The notes under the pieces: model-generated
Databases searched by the model: none
Told to the model about the DNA's origin: nothing
The model's input: only the letters and a program-made list of their open reading frames with translations
Part shown: positions 42,283-52,889 of the stretch, one piece after another
Position numbering within the stretch: the stretch's first letter is position 1
Layout: each line of letters begins with the position of its first letter
Program-made: the position numbers and the translations under genes
NCBI GenBank assembly: GCA_038321985.1
Contig: JBBQFN010000012.1
Coordinates: 83,148-147,147 of the forward strand
DNA: 64,000 nt
Direction: 5' to 3'
Source: Cyanophyceae cyanobacterium
GTDB lineage: Bacteria > Cyanobacteriota > Cyanobacteriia > Cyanobacteriales > Laspinemataceae

Positions 42283-42624
42283 AAGTTGAGGGAAAAGAGT
42301 AGAAGCGATTATATTGTATCTGAATTAAATGAGACGAGCGATAGGCGGGTTAGAGAGAAATCTCCCAGATTGAGTATAAAGCGAGAGGGAAGGTCGCCTT
42401 AATCTGTGTCCTCATCATAACAAAACAGGCGGACGTCTCATTCTATTTTTCCCCGATCGCGATCGCCCCCTCAAACATTGGATACAATAGGAGATCGCAA
42501 ACCCCACCAGGCAGCCACCCGACTGCCCCTAAATTTGCAGTAACAGGACTTCGGTACGGGTTAGCATCTCCTCTAAACTTCACGCTAAACTGGATAGCAA
42601 ACCTGACTTACCCCAATTTCTACC

Positions 42625-42870
42625 ATGCTCAGTGCTACTGTCACCAATACCGGACAAATTACTCTTCCCCAAGAAATCCGCGATCGCTTAAAACTCGTAA
42701 GCGGGAGCCAAATCAGCTTTGTGATTGATGAAGAGGGACAAGTTAAACTTTTTCCCCTGAATGTTCCCGTGCAAGAACTCTCCGGAATCTTGCACCGACC
42801 CGATCGCAAGAAAGTGACCCTGGAAGAAATGGAGAGTGCTATATCTGAGGGGGCGAATGATTGGACTTGA
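42625..42870 (+). CDS. AbrB/MazE/SpoVT-family antitoxin
   Basis: ATVTNTGQITLPQEIRDRL; overlaps the downstream PIN gene. Confidence 0.9.
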   Translation: MLSATVTNTGQITLPQEIRDRLKLVSGSQISFVIDEEGQVKLFPLNVPVQELSGILHRPDRKKVTLEEMESAISEGANDWT

Positions 42871-43246
42871 TACAAATATACTCGTTCGCTACCTCACCCA
42901 AGATGATCAGCAACAGTGGAAACAGGCGGCAGAGATTATCCAACAAAACCAGCCTTGTTTTATTGCCAATATTGTCCTTTGTGAATTAATTTGGGTTCTC
43001 AAAGGTAGAAACTATGGATTTACTAAAGATGAAATTATTCAGGCGATGGAGGCAATGTTACATAGTCCAACCTTTGAATTTGAAAGCCGTTCTACAGTAG
43101 ACCAAGCTCTCCAACGCTATAAACAAGGGAAAGCCGATTTTTCTGATTATTTAATTGGAGCGATCGCCCGCCAAGCCGGTTGCATAGAAACTGTGAGTTT
43201 CGATAATAAATTGAATGGAGAAAAAGGATTTCGTTGTCTGGAGTAG
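42857..43246 (+). CDS. vapC: VapC PIN-domain toxin (ORF open from 42836)
   Basis: MIGLDTNILVRYL, VLCELIWVL, ADFSDYLI, SFD. Confidence 0.9.
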   Translation: MIGLDTNILVRYLTQDDQQQWKQAAEIIQQNQPCFIANIVLCELIWVLKGRNYGFTKDEIIQAMEAMLHSPTFEFESRSTVDQALQRYKQGKADFSDYLIGAIARQAGCIETVSFDNKLNGEKGFRCLE

Positions 43247-43397
43247 GGTTCCATCAGGACAAGAAAGCCGGTTTCTTGACAGAATTATTTGGGACTTCAG
43301 AGAAATTTGGTAAACAAACCTGGCTTCTAACCACTACCCAATATTCATAGTCCATGCCTATCCTGTGATTCGCCACGATCGCCCCTAAATTTGCTGT

Positions 43398-44042
43398 ATG
43401 ACTCAAACCCTAGTTACACCCCCAGAAGCCGGTTCTTATATGGTTTTGTATGGCGTCAGTTGGGAGATGTATGAACAACTGCTGACTATTTTTGAGGAAA
43501 ATCCAACGCCGCGCATGACTTACTACAAGGGAACTTTAGAACTGATGACTCCTGTACTGGAACATCAAACCTATAGCTGGACCTTGGGACGTCTGATTAC
43601 GGCCCTATCGGAGGAACTGGAGATGGAAATTTGCGGGTTGAAATCCACAACCTGGCGATCGCAACCCAAGGAGGTCGGCAAAGAAGCCGATGAATGTTTT
43701 TATATTCAAAATGAACCGGCGATTCGGGGTAAATTAAAGATTAATTTAGCCGTAGATCCCCCACCAGATTTAGCCCTTGAAATTGATTTAACCCATTCCT
43801 CTATGAATCAAATGGATATTTATGCAGCACTAGAAATTCCCGAGGTATGGCGTTGGCAGAAGGGGAAACTCAGCCTTTATTGTTTGACTGAGACGGGTTA
43901 TGTAGAATCAGAAAATAGTTTAGCTTTCGGTTCGTTTCCGGTGAAAGAATTGGCGCGGTTTATGCAGTTAGACTCGGAAAAAGGAGAAAATGCTCGACTG
44001 CGGGAATTTCGGCACTGGGTGCGATCGCAACTGCAACCTTAG
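43398..44042 (+). CDS. Uma2-family PD-(D/E)XK-like protein
   Basis: GVSWEMY, GTLELMTP, KEADECFY, PPPDLALEID, IPEVWR. Confidence 0.92.
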   Translation: MTQTLVTPPEAGSYMVLYGVSWEMYEQLLTIFEENPTPRMTYYKGTLELMTPVLEHQTYSWTLGRLITALSEELEMEICGLKSTTWRSQPKEVGKEADECFYIQNEPAIRGKLKINLAVDPPPDLALEIDLTHSSMNQMDIYAALEIPEVWRWQKGKLSLYCLTETGYVESENSLAFGSFPVKELARFMQLDSEKGENARLREFRHWVRSQLQP

Positions 44043-44096
44043 AGAACTGCAATAATTCTGTAAGGCTTGGTAATTCTCAATTTTTTACGACAATCC

Positions 44097-44795
44097 CTAA
44101 TTACCCGAATTTGATGCCGAGTTTCGCTGAATTTTCAACATTTGATTCGCCCCTTTTCTAAATTCATAACCCACCGATTCGACCTGCACATCAAAACTAG
44201 CATGAGATAGAGCCGCAATGACCGTTTCCAAATAGGGGGATAACTCACCCTTCAAAGTAATCAGCGGAAAAATCCGCACCGCTTCACAGACTCGCAACAG
44301 TTCAGTGATTGAATCCAAATGAAAATCCAGGGATAAATGTTCTGAATAAGAAAAAAGGAGATGAGAACAGAGTCCTAATTCAAATTGATGGTCATCAAAC
44401 TCTAAATTAGGCAAAGATTGATATCGATACCGACCTTCACTTAGACCCGCTTCATAATCTAGTAAAAACCTTTCCATTGCCGCCCAACGGGATTGTCCCA
44501 GTTCATCAGCATTTTGGAATCTCTTCCAAACATACTCCTGGGAATTTTGTCGGACTTGAGAAACCACAGATTCATAAGTGTTTTGAACCCGCTGTTTAAT
44601 TTGTTCTCCAGACCATTGATAAATGGGGTCAACGGAGATAACCGAATGTTCTAGGGCGGTCATTTCAGCATTAAAGCTGGCGGGTCCATCCCCACATCCT
44701 AATATTTTTAAATCCAAATCAGCTAGAGACAGATTAAACATTAACTGATATTCTTCTAGGGTTCTCCCCCAAGGGATAATTTCATTCAGTTTCAT
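44097..44795 (-). CDS. SAM-dependent methyltransferase-like protein
   Basis: WGRTLEEY, ILGCGDGPASF motif I-like, LCSHLLF. Confidence 0.75.
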   Translation of the reverse strand: MKLNEIIPWGRTLEEYQLMFNLSLADLDLKILGCGDGPASFNAEMTALEHSVISVDPIYQWSGEQIKQRVQNTYESVVSQVRQNSQEYVWKRFQNADELGQSRWAAMERFLLDYEAGLSEGRYRYQSLPNLEFDDHQFELGLCSHLLFSYSEHLSLDFHLDSITELLRVCEAVRIFPLITLKGELSPYLETVIAALSHASFDVQVESVGYEFRKGANQMLKIQRNSASNSGN

Positions 44796-44885
44796 GAGTT
44801 TTGATATCCGAAGGGAGTAGAGTAAAATCTGACTATAGCACTTCTTGTCCTGGAAGTGCCTTGTGCCATTGAGCGAGTCTTTAGG

Positions 44886-45263
44886 CTATTTATTTATCCG
44901 ATTGGGAAACGAAATCTCTAATACAACACAACCCTCCTCAGTTTTAAACGGACCATGTACCTCACCTGGGGGTCTACTGGCGTAACATCCTGTTTCCAGC
45001 CACTGATCAAAGGCTTGATCATAAAGGCGACCACTCACCATAAAAATTTCCTCGGGATAGGGATGACTTTTTCCCCCAAATGGTGTCGTATCAGCGCCAG
45101 GTTTAAAACGGGTTAAGCGCGTATATTCGCCCGTTTCCAGGTCAATACTTAGGGTTAACTCCTCGGCGATATTTTCTAGTCCTGAAACAGGCTTCCATTG
45201 GTTTTGATTTTCAGCATTAAACGGGTTCCAATAAGTCAGGGTTGTTTTAGCCATTGGCGTCAT
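44886..45263 (-). CDS. ChrR-like cupin domain protein
   Basis: HPYPEEIF and RPPGEVHGPF cupin motifs. Confidence 0.85.
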   Translation of the reverse strand: MTPMAKTTLTYWNPFNAENQNQWKPVSGLENIAEELTLSIDLETGEYTRLTRFKPGADTTPFGGKSHPYPEEIFMVSGRLYDQAFDQWLETGCYASRPPGEVHGPFKTEEGCVVLEISFPNRINK

Positions 45264-45310
45264 GCCTCATTCGGGGAAATTTAAGGAATCAGCCAGGATT
45301 TATAACATAA

Positions 45311-45814
45311 TTATTTAACAGTTTCTTCATTATTTAAAAGTTTTTTCTCCCAAAATAATGCCCTATCCATTAGGGGATTTAGCTCATAACCAGTAAATCC
45401 AAAAGCCCTGTAGGCAGATTGAGCGACATGATTGTTCTCTAGTACCTCTAAGGTAAGTTTGCAACAGCCCAAATTTAAGGCGATCGCCTCAGCTTTCTGG
45501 AGTAAGAGTTTAGATAAGCCTCTCCCACGGTAGGGTAAAGCAACAATCACATCATGAATATTCAACAATGGCTGGCACGCAAAGGTAGAAAATCCTTCTA
45601 AACAGATCACAAGTCCAGCAGGTTCACCCTTCACAAATGCGAGAATAACATGAGCCGATTTTCGTTTGGCAAGTTCGGAGGGAAGATTCACTTTAACAGA
45701 GTCAGAAAGACCTTTACCCCCACCCATCGGGTCCAAGGCATAAGCATCCATTAATTGAACCATCGCCTCTGCATGAGCCGGTAAATTCAGATCCGCTTCA
45801 ATAATTTCAATCAT
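45311..45814 (-). CDS. GNAT family N-acetyltransferase
   Basis: NIHDVIV, YRGRGLS, LTLEV..NHVAQSAY..GF. Confidence 0.9.
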   Translation of the reverse strand: MIEIIEADLNLPAHAEAMVQLMDAYALDPMGGGKGLSDSVKVNLPSELAKRKSAHVILAFVKGEPAGLVICLEGFSTFACQPLLNIHDVIVALPYRGRGLSKLLLQKAEAIALNLGCCKLTLEVLENNHVAQSAYRAFGFTGYELNPLMDRALFWEKKLLNNEETVK

Positions 45815-45936
45815 CTCTTGATATCTTTGGATAGTTCAATTTTTACTCGGTCAGAGGCAAAATCTTTAAAGGAATTCTACAGAAATCAAATAGGGATGAA
45901 TTGGCGATCGCTTCAAAATTTTCAAAATTTACGTTT

Positions 45937-46314
45937 TTAAGCGATTTTACCAATATGAGCGGCAACGATATGCCAACTTCCACTTGAAGAGACAGCCCAA
46001 ACTCGTGTGAAACGAAAGTCTCCATTTGCAGGGCTATCATTGTAACTCCCGGTGATTTTCATGCGGACAGAAACGATCGCAACTTCTCCATGTATTTGAA
46101 TATGCTGCTCCGAGGGTTCCAACTCATTAATTTTAATTAAACCTGATTCATGAGCGCCTATATCATCTTGTTTCTCCAATAATTCTCCCAAATGACTGGT
46201 AATCAGAATGTCGGGGGCTAGTAATTCATTCAAAACAGTTACATCAGAAGCAAGCATTGCCTGCCTCAGACATTCTTCGGCATTAATAATTTGATTTTCC
46301 CCTGTTATATTCAT
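45937..46314 (-). CDS. NTF2-like DUF4440 protein (ORF open from 46386)
   Basis: AMLASDV..LL, RFTRVW, WHIVAAH. Confidence 0.85.
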   Translation of the reverse strand: MNITGENQIINAEECLRQAMLASDVTVLNELLAPDILITSHLGELLEKQDDIGAHESGLIKINELEPSEQHIQIHGEVAIVSVRMKITGSYNDSPANGDFRFTRVWAVSSSGSWHIVAAHIGKIA

Positions 46315-46398
46315 GATATTTGTCCTGACTTTCCTAAAAATTATCCCAACGCTAAAAGTGAAATTCCCGAAATAGGTAAAAAACAAGGAGTTTTTTAA

Positions 46399-47271
46399 TT
46401 ATTCGTTAAACCATAAAAACTCTTGCTCTAATTCGCGATATTTCGGTACATCAATGATTGTTTCAAATTGCTGAAAATTCACTAAATTATCAAACCCAGT
46501 TGTAGTCTGATGTTGTCTTAAATACCGGAAACAATCCTCGATCGCCTTCGTTGCGGCAAACAATCCCGATAAGGCATAGACCGCAATTTTATACCCCAAT
46601 GCCTCTAACTCCTGTGCCGATAACACCGGCGTTTTTCCCCCTTCGATCGCATTGGCAAACAACGGCACATCCGGAAACGCTGTGGCAATTTCCTGTAACT
46701 CCTCGACTGACTGCGGTGCTTCTATAAACACAATATCCGCCCCCGCCTCATAATATGCCCGACCCCGGCGAATGGCTTCGGTTAACCCTAATGGTGCTCT
46801 AGCATCGGTGCGTCCGATAATCACCAATCCACTCTCACCTCGTGCCTGGACTGCGGCGCGAATTTTTTGAATCTGTTCTTCGGCGGGAATCACCCGTTTT
46901 CCCTGGAAGTGCCCGCACTTTTTCGGCCATTCCTGGTCTTCTAAAATGACTCCAGCAATCCCCATTTGTACTGCTTCACTGACGGTTCTAATTACGTTGA
47001 GGGGGTTGCCATAGCCGGTATCGATATCGGCTACAACGGGAATTTTGACCGATTGTGCGATGCGTCCCACACTGTATAGCATTTCGGTGGCGGTAAGAAA
47101 GCCGTAATCGGGCCGTCCCAACGTGGAGGCAGAGATGCCAAATCCACTGGTAAAGACCATTTCAAAGCCGGCGCGTTCGGCGAGTTGGGCGCTGATACAA
47201 TCATAAATCCCCGGAACGACTAACATTCCGGGGCGATTCAGGAGTTCTCGGAGGTTGTGAGTTGAGTTCAT
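46399..47271 (-). CDS. Isocitrate lyase/PEP mutase family protein (PrpB/CPEP mutase-like)
   Basis: SGFG, DIDTGYG, EDQEWPKKCGH, GRTDAR, GADIVFIEAP. Confidence 0.9.
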   Translation of the reverse strand: MNSTHNLRELLNRPGMLVVPGIYDCISAQLAERAGFEMVFTSGFGISASTLGRPDYGFLTATEMLYSVGRIAQSVKIPVVADIDTGYGNPLNVIRTVSEAVQMGIAGVILEDQEWPKKCGHFQGKRVIPAEEQIQKIRAAVQARGESGLVIIGRTDARAPLGLTEAIRRGRAYYEAGADIVFIEAPQSVEELQEIATAFPDVPLFANAIEGGKTPVLSAQELEALGYKIAVYALSGLFAATKAIEDCFRYLRQHQTTTGFDNLVNFQQFETIIDVPKYRELEQEFLWFNE

Positions 47272-47304
47272 GGTTCGATAGCCGATCGCAACATGAACCC
47301 TATT

Positions 47305-48402
47305 TTATACGCTGAGTGCTTCCGAAAGATAATCCGCTGCCGCTTCCACGATCGCGATCGCATTTTCATACACCATCCGCGTTGGTCCCAGTACCCCGAC
47401 ACTCCCCACCGGCACAGTCCCTCGATGATACGTCGCCGAAACCAGGGTGCAGGTTCTAATCGGTTCTAGAGGATTTTCTGCCCCGATTCGCACTTGCACC
47501 CTTCTACCGGACCCTTCTAGTGCCGGAGGTTCAAAAATCAAGGGCAGGAGTTGGTCTTGTTCTTCTTCCAAAAGTTGAATCAGGGTCTGGACTTGAGTCA
47601 ACTCACAAAATTCTGGTTGTCTCAATACTTCGGAAACCCCACTAATCAAAATTTGGGTTTTTCCTGGGGTTTGAGCACGCACGGCTAAATCTTTTAACCA
47701 GCGGCTCAATACTTCTGCATATCGCTCGAATTCTCGCCCTAATTCACTCCAATCGAGGGCAGATAATTCGGCGAGGGTTTGTCCGCGCAGATGGTTATTT
47801 AAGAAGTTAGAGAGGATTTGCAATTCGCCATCGACAATTTCCTCATCTGCTAGAGAGTCTTCCGGGGACTCGGGAAGTTCCATGACAGCAGATTGGGTTT
47901 GATAGTTATCAATGACAACTACAATCATGATTTTTCGCGGTTCGATCTGGATTAATTGCAAATGCCTCAGACAAGCCGTATTCGTCTGAGGCATTGTAAT
48001 TAAGGCGATATATCCGCTGAGGGCCGCCAAGATTTGAGAAGCCCCTCTCAACACGGCTTCAAAGGCCCAATTTTCTAACTTCAGGCGATCGCTGAGGGCC
48101 TGTTCCACTTGTCGCGAGATGCCATCATCCGGTTTAATTAGCTTATCGACATAAATTCGATAACCAGAATCCGAAGGGACTCGACCCGCAGAAGTATGGG
48201 GTTGATAGAGTAATCCGGCTTTTTCTAACCATCCCATTGCATTGCGAATGGTGGCGGGACTAACGCTTAAATTATATTCATCCACCAAGGTTTTAGAGCC
48301 TACAGGTTCGGCAGTGGCGATATAGTGCCGGATGGTAGCCCACAAAACATATTGTTGTCGTTCGTTAAGGTTCATTTGCACAGATATGGGAGCCAAAGCC
48401 AA
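47305..48402 (-). CDS. hrcA: Heat-inducible transcription repressor HrcA
   Basis: [43 protein letters not shown]. Confidence 0.96.
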   Translation of the reverse strand: MALAPISVQMNLNERQQYVLWATIRHYIATAEPVGSKTLVDEYNLSVSPATIRNAMGWLEKAGLLYQPHTSAGRVPSDSGYRIYVDKLIKPDDGISRQVEQALSDRLKLENWAFEAVLRGASQILAALSGYIALITMPQTNTACLRHLQLIQIEPRKIMIVVVIDNYQTQSAVMELPESPEDSLADEEIVDGELQILSNFLNNHLRGQTLAELSALDWSELGREFERYAEVLSRWLKDLAVRAQTPGKTQILISGVSEVLRQPEFCELTQVQTLIQLLEEEQDQLLPLIFEPPALEGSGRRVQVRIGAENPLEPIRTCTLVSATYHRGTVPVGSVGVLGPTRMVYENAIAIVEAAADYLSEALSV

Positions 48403-48771
48403 ATATAATCGGATTTTAAAACTAAGCCGTTGTCAAGGTTGGTTTGTCATTTGTCCGTTGTTAAGGGAACGGGCAACGGGGAACAGTCGGCAGATGTTCC
48501 CTTGATAAAATATAGCGAAATTGCTCCCCGCGATTCTGCTGCTGTCGTTACAGGTTGGGAACGGTTCACACTATTTTGTGACGGATTCCCATCTGTTTTA
48601 GATTCTATTTTAGTTGAAAAATTTACGGGATGGGGGTTAGGGACCCTGGAATAGTCGGGTCCCGGACTGGGAGAGAGGGCCTTGGGTTAGAGGTAGAGTT
48701 GACCTATGCGGAGGTTTTCAAGTGCGATCGCCTGGGGGACGGGGCCGAAATTGCCCCGAAGGGTGCCCTCC

Positions 48772-49698
48772 TCAAGGCAGTTCTACCGAGGTAGGTTTAG
48801 CAATGTGAGGTAGACCCCAACCGAGTTTTTCCCGGAGAACGTGGAAAAATTCCGGGGGATTAATCCGGATAAATTTAGCGGAGTAGGGCGATCGCTCTAC
48901 CCGCACCAGGTCCTCGGGCAACACATAGCACCCCGCATTCCCATCCACTACCATCACCAGGCGATCGGTATTGGCCGAAAAAATCGTTACGGGTTCGGTA
49001 TTGGCAAACACGAGCGATCGAGACGCCAGAGAATGAGGACAAATCGGCACCAGTTGCAACACCGGGACATCGGGTGTGATTACAGGTCCCCCAGCCGAGA
49101 GACCATAGGCCGTTGAACCTGTTGGGGTGGAAATAATCACCCCATCTGCCGCAATATCTACAGGTGCATGGCGTCCCACTTGAATTTCAAAGTGACACAT
49201 ACAGGTGAGAGGTTCCCGATGCAGGACCATTTCATTCAGGCAAAGCGCCTCCCAGACTACCGTATTATCCCGGATGGCCTGTACCGTGATCATGGTCCGT
49301 TCTTCGATTTGATAGTTCCCCGCTAATACCTGTTCCATCGCTTGGGGGAGTTGGTTGAGATAGGTTTCTGTCAGAAACCCCATATGCCCGGTATTCACCG
49401 TTAACAGGGGAATGCCGCAGCTTGCCACTTGCCGAAACGCCGACAGCACTGTACCATCGCCTCCCAATACCACCGCAAAAGACATTTCGGCGTTAAATCC
49501 AGGCGGGGTTAGCTGTTCGATGGTGGTATGACAGACCGGCTTATCTAGGTCAGAATAGCCAAGAATGCCCCCCATGCCGCTGGCAAGAGAAACTTCCCAA
49601 CCCAGTCCAATCAGCTTGTCTCTCCATTCTTCAGCAGCGCGACAAGCTACGGGTTTAACGTCGTTGTAAATAATGCCAGCTTTGGGCACCGCGCTCAA
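48772..49698 (-). CDS. nadK: NAD(+) kinase (start possibly GTG at 49689)
   Basis: [31 protein letters not shown]. Confidence 0.95.
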   Translation of the reverse strand: MSAVPKAGIIYNDVKPVACRAAEEWRDKLIGLGWEVSLASGMGGILGYSDLDKPVCHTTIEQLTPPGFNAEMSFAVVLGGDGTVLSAFRQVASCGIPLLTVNTGHMGFLTETYLNQLPQAMEQVLAGNYQIEERTMITVQAIRDNTVVWEALCLNEMVLHREPLTCMCHFEIQVGRHAPVDIAADGVIISTPTGSTAYGLSAGGPVITPDVPVLQLVPICPHSLASRSLVFANTEPVTIFSANTDRLVMVVDGNAGCYVLPEDLVRVERSPYSAKFIRINPPEFFHVLREKLGWGLPHIAKPTSVELP

Positions 49699-49910
49699 GT
49701 CCTGCTAGTGGGTTATTAATTGCCAGAGTTAGGGATAGAGTGACATTCCCGGTTAGCAACCGCGAATGCTTTGGCTGATGACTGGCATCATGGATGCCAA
49801 ACAGCCCTGTGAAACTAGAGTCTGAACAAAGCCATGTCATTTGTCAAGAGCCTTCAGGCGATCGCCCTCAACTGGCTTATTCGTTTTACCAGGCCCCCCT
49901 AAAGTAGGGG

Positions 49911-50882
49911 TTAAAATGGGACTCGGCGTTTCGACTGCTTTTTGGTTTTGCCTTGTGCGTAATCTAATTCTTTCAACTTCTTTAAAATGCGGCTGAAATA
50001 GTCTTTCAGGTACGATTCTAGAGTCGTTGTCTCCTTAGGATCCAGTCCAAAGACGGGATACACGTCTTCCATATTGGCCGTTAGGGGTTTCTCTGAGGCC
50101 AACACTTCAGCAAAGGCCAAGCGATCAGCCACATTCCAACCCCATTGGAAAAATCGTACTACCCGGCGAAATGCCCGTAGGACACCCAATGGCATTCGGG
50201 TTACCTTGGCTTTTTCCCCGGAGAGTCGTTCGCACAGTTCGATAATTTCCTGGGGAGTCCAAGGACGAGTCCCCACCACGGGAAAAACATGATTGGACGT
50301 CTCAGGGACCGACAATGTACGCACTGCAAATTTAGCAATGTCCTGAGTATCCATATAGGAGATCGGAGCAGTCTGGTTAGTCACCCACACTACTTGATTG
50401 TCCAAAATTGGGATAGCGTATTGAGAAATCAACCCTTGCATGAAGCCAGCTAATTGCAGAATGGTGTAATTTAACCCCGATTCTGCCAAAAAGACTTCTG
50501 TGCAACGCTTGATTTCCATCAGGGGGACTTCCGGATACTGGTCAGCATCCAAAATTGAAAAGAAGATATAACGTTCGACCCCTGCTTTTTTGGCCGCTTG
50601 AATCAGGGCAACTTTGCCTTCCCAGTCTACTTGTTTGATGCTCAGGGAATCCGTGGGACGGGCTGTGGCTGCATCAATAATAGCCGTCACCCCTTCCAGG
50701 GCCACGGGCAAGGTTTCTGGATCGCATAAGTCTGCACGGACCAATTCAGCGCCCCATTCTTTTAAAAAGGCCGCTCTTTTGAAACTGCGTACTAAACAAC
50801 GTACCTGGTATCCCTCGTCTAAGGCGCGACGGGCAACCTGTCTGCCTAGGGTACCAGTGGCACCGACAACCAATAAGCTCAT
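49911..50882 (-). CDS. ycf39: Ycf39/HCF244-like atypical SDR (PSII assembly)
   Basis: LLVVGATGTLGRQV, AAFLKEWGAEL, VDWEGKVALIQAA, ADRLAFAEV; adjacent to nadK. Confidence 0.85.
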   Translation of the reverse strand: MSLLVVGATGTLGRQVARRALDEGYQVRCLVRSFKRAAFLKEWGAELVRADLCDPETLPVALEGVTAIIDAATARPTDSLSIKQVDWEGKVALIQAAKKAGVERYIFFSILDADQYPEVPLMEIKRCTEVFLAESGLNYTILQLAGFMQGLISQYAIPILDNQVVWVTNQTAPISYMDTQDIAKFAVRTLSVPETSNHVFPVVGTRPWTPQEIIELCERLSGEKAKVTRMPLGVLRAFRRVVRFFQWGWNVADRLAFAEVLASEKPLTANMEDVYPVFGLDPKETTTLESYLKDYFSRILKKLKELDYAQGKTKKQSKRRVPF

Positions 50883-51318
50883 CCAGGATAGTTTGACGAA
50901 ATTTTAACTTTTATGAAATTTTATCAGAGATTCCTGAGATTTCTCTAGGAAATCCGTTACAAATCTGAACAATTTTGACCGATTTCGCTAAAAAACTTAA
51001 AGAATCCAGGGCATTCGGGTCCCTACAACCCTAAAAATGGAGCCATCTCCAGTCCCCTCTCTTTTATAAGGGGCGGGGAATATCTGAACGAGGACCTAGG
51101 TACACCGGGATGAGAAACCGGGTTTTCGGCGTTCTAGGAACCCAAACTCAAACCGGAATCAATCCCCAGTTTCTTGACAAACCTAAGCAGATTGGTTACA
51201 GCTTGAACGATAAAAAGGCGTAATATTTCCGTTAAGCCCAGCTTGACCAGCCAAAGGCAGTCGATTCACATCTTGAAGAATCCCATCAATGTCTCATTCC
51301 CTTTAACCAACTGCACTT

Positions 51319-52821
51319 ATGAAGAAACGCTGGATTTCACTCATCATCCTATTTCTACTAGCCCTGCCAGTCGCCGCAGTTGCCCAAGAAGTTGAGGAAG
51401 CTGCACCCAGCGGCTTCCTAGCAACCCTGGATACCGTCTTCACTCAACTGGTGAACTGGATGTCTGCGGTCCTGTTTTTCGATTTTGGCCTAGGCATCCC
51501 CCTGATTGTGTTGTGGTTGATTGGCGGGGCGGTTTTTTTCACCCTTCGCATGGGCTTTATCAACTTCCGCGCCTTCAAACACGCCTTGTTCGTGATTCAA
51601 GGTCACTATGATGACCCGGAGGAAGCTGGAGAAGTCAGCCATTTCCAAGCCCTAGCGGCGGCTCTATCCGCCACGGTAGGACTCGGGAATATTGCTGGGG
51701 TGGCGATCGCCGTCTCTGTCGGGGGACCCGGGGCCATGTTCTGGATGACTGTGGCTGCCTTATTCGGCATGACTAGCAAGTTTGTCGAATGTACCCTCGC
51801 TCAAAAATACCGCGTCATCTTGCCTGATGGTCGGATTGCCGGTGGCCCCATGTACTATCTCTCTAGGGGTTTAGCAGAAAAAGGTATGGGTCAATTAGGC
51901 AATGTCATGGGGAGTTTGTTTGCCATCCTCTGCATTGGGGCTGCCTTTGGTGGGGGCAATATGTTCCAAGCCAATCAATCTTTTGTCGCGATTAAAGGCT
52001 TGGTTCCAATGTTACCGGACTGGCTCTATGGAATGGGCCTAGCCTTCTTAGTTTCCCTGGTGATTATTGGTGGCATTCAGCGCATCGGGAACGTTGCCGG
52101 GGCGCTTGTGCCCGCCATGTGTACCATTTACGTTGCCGCCTCTTTGTGGATTATTCTGATGAATCTACCTCAGATTCCCGGTGCTTTTGCCCAGATTTTT
52201 ACCGAAGCATTTGTCCCCCAAGCGGCTTATGGGGGATTTATTGGCGTAGTCGTCCAGGGATTCCGGCGATCGGCGTTCTCTAATGAAGCGGGGGTTGGTT
52301 CAGCGGCGATCGCTCATGCTGCCGCCCGAACCGAAGAACCCATCCGCGAAGGCATTGTCGCCCTTCTCGAACCCTTTATCGATACGGTGATTATCTGTAA
52401 CATGACTGCCTTAGTGGTGATCATCACCGGAGAATATGCCAATCCCAACACCTCTCCTGGAGTAGAAACCACCGCAGCCGCCTTTGCTTCGGTAATTAGT
52501 TGGTTCCCGATCGTCCTCGCCTTAGCCGTCTTCCTCTTTGCCTTCTCCACCATGATTTCCTGGAGTTACTACGGCGAAAGGGCTTGGACTTACTTATTTG
52601 GCGAACCTAGCATGATCATTTACCGGGTGATTTACGTTATCTGCGTCTTCCTCGGGACTGTCATCAACCTCGGGGCTATCTTAGATTTCTCCGATATGAT
52701 GTTCTTTGCAATGGCCTTTCCCAATATGTTAGGCGGATTCCTGCTGGCGGATAAGGTCAAGATGGATTTGGACGACTATATGTTGCGTCTCAACAGTGGG
52801 CAAATGCCGGTCTATAAGTAA
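51319..52821 (+). CDS. Alanine/glycine:cation symporter (AGCS family)
   Basis: ATVGLGNIAGV, GGPGAMFWM, GGPMYY, FSNEAGVGSA, FIDTVIIC. Confidence 0.95.
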   Translation: MKKRWISLIILFLLALPVAAVAQEVEEAAPSGFLATLDTVFTQLVNWMSAVLFFDFGLGIPLIVLWLIGGAVFFTLRMGFINFRAFKHALFVIQGHYDDPEEAGEVSHFQALAAALSATVGLGNIAGVAIAVSVGGPGAMFWMTVAALFGMTSKFVECTLAQKYRVILPDGRIAGGPMYYLSRGLAEKGMGQLGNVMGSLFAILCIGAAFGGGNMFQANQSFVAIKGLVPMLPDWLYGMGLAFLVSLVIIGGIQRIGNVAGALVPAMCTIYVAASLWIILMNLPQIPGAFAQIFTEAFVPQAAYGGFIGVVVQGFRRSAFSNEAGVGSAAIAHAAARTEEPIREGIVALLEPFIDTVIICNMTALVVIITGEYANPNTSPGVETTAAAFASVISWFPIVLALAVFLFAFSTMISWSYYGERAWTYLFGEPSMIIYRVIYVICVFLGTVINLGAILDFSDMMFFAMAFPNMLGGFLLADKVKMDLDDYMLRLNSGQMPVYK

Positions 52822-52889
52822 ATTTTTGGCCTAATTCTGGATTTCTTCCCCTAACCCTCCTTAACAAGGGGGGCTTTTTATATTTATTC

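Noticed and set aside
44835..44862. CIRCE operator for HrcA (ATAGCACTT..AAGTGCC)
   Set aside because: Spacing and the second half-site deviate from TTAGCACTC-N9-GAGTGCTAA, and it is not upstream of a chaperone gene.
46399..47271. PEP mutase marking a phosphonate biosynthesis cluster
   Set aside because: It has EDQ..KKCGH rather than EDK-x5-NS, and no phosphonopyruvate decarboxylase is nearby.
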